A DNA stretch of 64,000 nucleotides. Origin: Macrostomum lignano (Eukaryota). The translations under genes and the position numbers were made by a program. This document shows, one piece after another, positions 60,021 through 64,000 of the stretch. Positions within the stretch are counted from its first letter, which is position 1. Each line of letters begins with the position of its first letter. The stretch covers positions 124,001 through 188,000 of the forward strand of contig NIVC01002157.1 in assembly GCA_002269645.1 (NCBI GenBank), given 5' to 3'. The notes under the pieces were generated by a model. The model was not told the origin of the DNA. It made no database searches and saw only the letters and a list, made by a program, of their open reading frames with translations.

Positions 60021-60884
60021 ACAAAGTTATGATCTCATTATTTTGCATCCCCAGTTTCTCGCTACTGCCTCGACTGGCGCCAAAAATCTCCACCAGAGAA
60101 AAAAGCCATGACTAAAAGCCAACAAGCAGCCGCAGCAGCAAAGAATAATTATCACGATTTCCCGCACACACCCGAAGCTCTCCCAACAGGCGGATCTCAG
60201 GGTTGAGAGAGTTTTTTTTCCATTATTGAATAACGTCTGCGTGACCCAACAAGAGCGAGACCTGGGCTGGATTGATAATACGGCCTTCAGCTTTGAATTC
60301 ACGGTTGAATTTCGAGAGAAAGGACCGAGACTTAAGTGGCTCAAGGCCGGCCAGTCGAAGTATAGCTCAGAGTTCTTTCTGTTGCTGCAAAAGCAAAAAA
60401 TTGCCAAGGCGACTCCTCCCTCTACCCTGCTGTCAGCTGTCAATCAAATTATCAAAGACAGATGAATGAATGACTGCAATGACGACGGGCTGAGAGAGGG
60501 GAGGAAAATGGGAAATAATATGAGCCATGCCCCCCTTATCCCCCCGCGAACTCAGTTGTAATACTCGTATCCTATATATTAGTAATACGATTTGAGACTT
60601 GTACGAGATGCCAGATTTCTATATCAGTTTAAGCAGGCCTTTTTTGGATTTCTAGCAATCATCATCAATCTCCTGTTTGTCTGGCTCCCCTCCCGCTGCT
60701 GCGAGTTTGCTTTCGCAATGTTGACTCTCAAGCCGCATTCTCTGCTTCCGTCAAGACAGGGCAGGACTGTATAGGCTCTGGTGAGCTCCTGCATGTTTGC
60801 TTTTCAAAGATGGGCTCAGTGTGAATAGGAGAAGGAATGGTAATTGGCATTGCCTATCGCAGCCCATCATTGTGCAGGATGTCT

Positions 60885-61635
60885 CAGGGTGTCAGGGTTC
60901 CAGGAGTCTCTGACGAGGGGTGTCAGGGTTCCAGGAGTATCTGACAAGGGGTTTCAGGGTTCCAGGAGTATCTGACGAGGAGTGCCAGGGTTCCAGGAGT
61001 CTCTGACGAGGAGTGCCAGGGTACGAGGAGTCTCTGACGAGGGGTGTCAGGGTTCCAGGAGTCTCTGAAGAGGGGTGTCAGGGTTCCAGGAGTATCTGAC
61101 GAGGGGTGTCAGGGTTCCAGGAGTCTCTGACGAGGAGTGTCAGGCTCTCAATGCTGAACTAGATCTCATTCTAGTGAGGGTGTCAGGCTCTCACTCTAGT
61201 GAGGGACGTCAGGCTCTCACTCTAGTGGGGGATGTCAGGCTCTCACTCTAGTGGGGGATGTCAGGCTCTCACTCTAGCGAGGGATGTCAGGCTCTCACTC
61301 TAGTGGGGATGTCAGGCTCTCATTCTAGTGAGGGTGTCAGGCTCTCACTCTAGCGAGGGATGTCAGGCTCTCACTCTAGTGGGGGATGTCAGGCTCTCAC
61401 TCTAGTGAGGGATGTCAGGCTCTCACTCTAGTGGGGGATGTCAGGCTCTCACTCTAGTGGGGGATGTCAGGCTCTCACTCTAGTGAGGGATGTCAGGCTC
61501 TCACTCTAGTGGGGGATGTCAGGCTCTCACTCTAGTGAGGGATGTCAGGCTCTCACTCTAGTGGGGGATGTCAGGCTCTCACTCTAGTGGGGGATGTCAG
61601 GCTCTCACTCTAGTGGGGGATGTCAGGCTCTCTAA
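60885..61635. repeat. Two adjacent minisatellites (about 32 bp GGGTGTCAGGGTTCCAGGAGTCTCTGACGAG; about 27 bp GATGTCAGGCTCTCACTCTAGTGGGGG)
   Basis: Direct inspection; both units share a TGTCAGG core. Confidence 0.92.
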
Positions 61636-62479
61636 AGAGATTTCTAAAGGTCAAATATGACGTTTGTATATTAAATTGCACTGAGCACAAAGTAAATAAA
61701 ATTAGCTACTAACAGTATGTACATATGGCTTGTGAAACCTGGACTCATTTTTCAATCACAGACGTGCAAAAAAGGCCAAGTCGTAAAATTTAACTGAATG
61801 CAACAATAGTATATATCAATTTCTTTTTTCCAGAAAATGCTTCTGGTCAGGGATGAAACAATAGAATGATGGGAGACTAAACCAATCGGGATACAAGGGG
61901 TTCAAATCAGAGCAGAGATGTATAGTCAAGATTCATCTTGTCAGGCAAATTAAAATATTTCGGGCAAATTTATATAATTTAACAGTTTTAAGCGAATAGA
62001 ATGCTACTAGACCGTCAGTAGGATGGAGCGGATATTATATGGAAAAAAATAAATTATCAAGAGTATAAACGGAAGGAGAAATGAGTCGAAAAATAGTAGT
62101 TTAATATTAAATAAATAGACCACGGTATGTGCAGGTAATAAAATTTGAGAGACAGTCTTGCAGAACAGCAACAGCCAGCATGGGTAAATAAAAACAAATT
62201 AATTATTTATTCTGAACAACGGTGAAAGCATTGAAAATTCGAATCTCAGAATCATAGGTCTGACTGCAGTCTAATCTGACAGCTAATGTCAGTACATACA
62301 CGTACTTGCACATCACACACAGATGAGCAGGTGTATGTCAGTACAGCAACTTCTACAAATAGCACCAGTGGATTGTAGGCTATTATATGTAGCATTATTG
62401 TCCATCAAAGCAGGCCCGATGATAAATAACCTGCTAATCCTTTTTCCTTTAAACTGCGATAAACCTCGAGAACAATTTT

Positions 62480-63150
62480 TCTGCACCTCATAACAGTGTA
62501 CATTCATTATATTATCGATCTAATTTTCTCTACCTTTCGTAACAGTGTGCATTCATTATATTATCGATCTAATTTTCTCTATCCCTCATAACAGTGTACG
62601 TTCATTATATTATCGATCTAATTTTCTCTATCCCTCATAACAGTGTACGTTCATTATATTATCGATCTAATTTTCTCTACCTCTCGTAACAGTGTACATT
62701 CATTATATTATCGATCTAATTTTCTCTACCTCTCGTAACAGTGTACATTCATTATATTACCGATCTAATTTTCTCTACCCCTAATAATGTACATTCATTA
62801 TATTATCGATCTAATTTTCTCTACCTCTCGTAACAGTGTGCATTCATTATATTATCGATCTAATTTTCTCTATCCCTCATAACAGTGTACGTTCATTATA
62901 TTATCGATCTAATTTTCTCTATCCCTCATAACAGTGTACGTTCATTATATTATCGATCTAATTTTCTCTACCTCTCGTAGCAGTGTACATTCATTATATT
63001 ATCGATCGAGTTTTCTCTACCCCTAATAATGTACATTCATTATATTATCGATCTAATTTTCTCTACCTCTCGTAACAGTGTGCATTCATTATATTATCGA
63101 TCTAGTTTTCTCTACCCTTAATAATGTACATTCATTATATTATCGATCGA
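62480..63150. repeat. 49-bp AT-rich minisatellite (TAACAGTGTACATTCATTATATTATCGATCTAATTTTCTCTACCTCTCG)
   Basis: Direct inspection. Confidence 0.95.
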
Positions 63151-63699
63151 ATTCTCTCGGATTTTCTGCCCTTTTTGCTTGTTTTCTCCTATTCATTTCA
63201 ACTATTGCTACGCTCGTACATCACTTGTTAAGATCCATTCGATTTGATACGTCGATTTGTCAAAGTTATTAAATGGTTTGCGAAGGTGCTCCACTCTAGA
63301 CGCCTATCTCCTTAGCGACGGCTTCCAGTCCACTGTTGCTATGTATAGAAGTCCCTGGTCAGTCTTACTCATAGTCAGCTGTTCAGTTCGCCTGTCACTC
63401 AGTCAGTCCGGTCAGCCCTGGGAGTCCAGCCGCGGGTCCATGCTGGGCCGCAGCAACAGGCTGCCCTCAACCCAGTCATTTGGTTTCTCCAGCATCCGGG
63501 TCCACATCAGCGACTCGTGGCCACGAGCGTCCATGCAGGGGTAGCTGCGGTCTGTATGGCATGGGGGTTGTTTTTGGAAACAGAGCCACAGAAGTAACCC
63601 ACAACAAAGCAAAAATTCAGAGATCTTTCAAACTTTTCTTTACCAAAAAAGCAGCACGGACGGAAAATACTCCAAAGCTACTCAAAAGAAGTAACTATG

Positions 63700-64000
63700 G
63701 GAAGCTACCCGGAAGCTACCCAGAAGCTACACAGAAGCTACCAGGAAGCTATCCAGAAGCTACCTAGAAGCTACCCAGAAGCTACCCAGAAGCTACCAGG
63801 AAGCTACCCAGAAGCTACCCAGAAGCTACCTAGAAGCTACCCAGAAGCTACCAGGAAGCTACCCAGAAGCTACCTAGAAGCTACCTAGAAGCTACCCAGA
63901 AGCTACCCAGAAGCTACCTAGAAGCTACCTAGAAGCTACCCAGAAGCTACCCAGAAGCTACTAGGAAGCTACTAGGAAGCTACTCAGAAGCTACCAGGAA
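63700..64000. repeat. 11-bp minisatellite (AGAAGCTACCC) running off the window end
   Basis: Direct inspection. Confidence 0.95.

Noticed and set aside
63412-63560. GC-rich possible terminal exon on the - strand (RSYPCMDARGHESLMW...)
   Set aside because: No homology recognisable by eye; any upstream exons would lie outside the window.

Overview
AT-rich, intron-containing animal genomic DNA packed with locally unique mini- and microsatellites. The style resembles a Macrostomum-type flatworm, but the organism cannot be confirmed from sequence. Host genes reconstructed by hand from splice sites: a PAN-like + fibrinogen-domain gene (-), the N-terminal half of a RagC/D GTPase (-), a complete six-exon isovaleryl-CoA dehydrogenase (IVD, -), a Ctr/SLC31 copper transporter (+, probably head-to-head with IVD) and a NET-family (Noc/Elbow/ZNF703-like) zinc-finger exon (+). 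The standout is a very young 8.8-kb Ty3/Gypsy LTR retrotransposon (11751-20556, -) in IVD intron 1. It has near-identical LTRs, a 4-bp TSD, a perfect 18-nt tRNA-Lys PBS, a PPT and a GGGAAAC + pseudoknot gag/pol -1 frameshift signal. Where env would normally sit, it carries an intact intronless third ORF encoding an N-terminal J-domain (HPD) Hsp70 co-chaperone. A 6.07-kb tandem duplication with a templated junction then copies the 5' LTR, a gag fragment, IVD exon 1 and the shared promoter region. Also present: two hAT-type MITEs, a tRNA-CORE SINE, a bipartite CT-rich dispersed repeat and TALE-homeodomain motif clusters around the NET gene. No prokaryotic features or CRISPR arrays.
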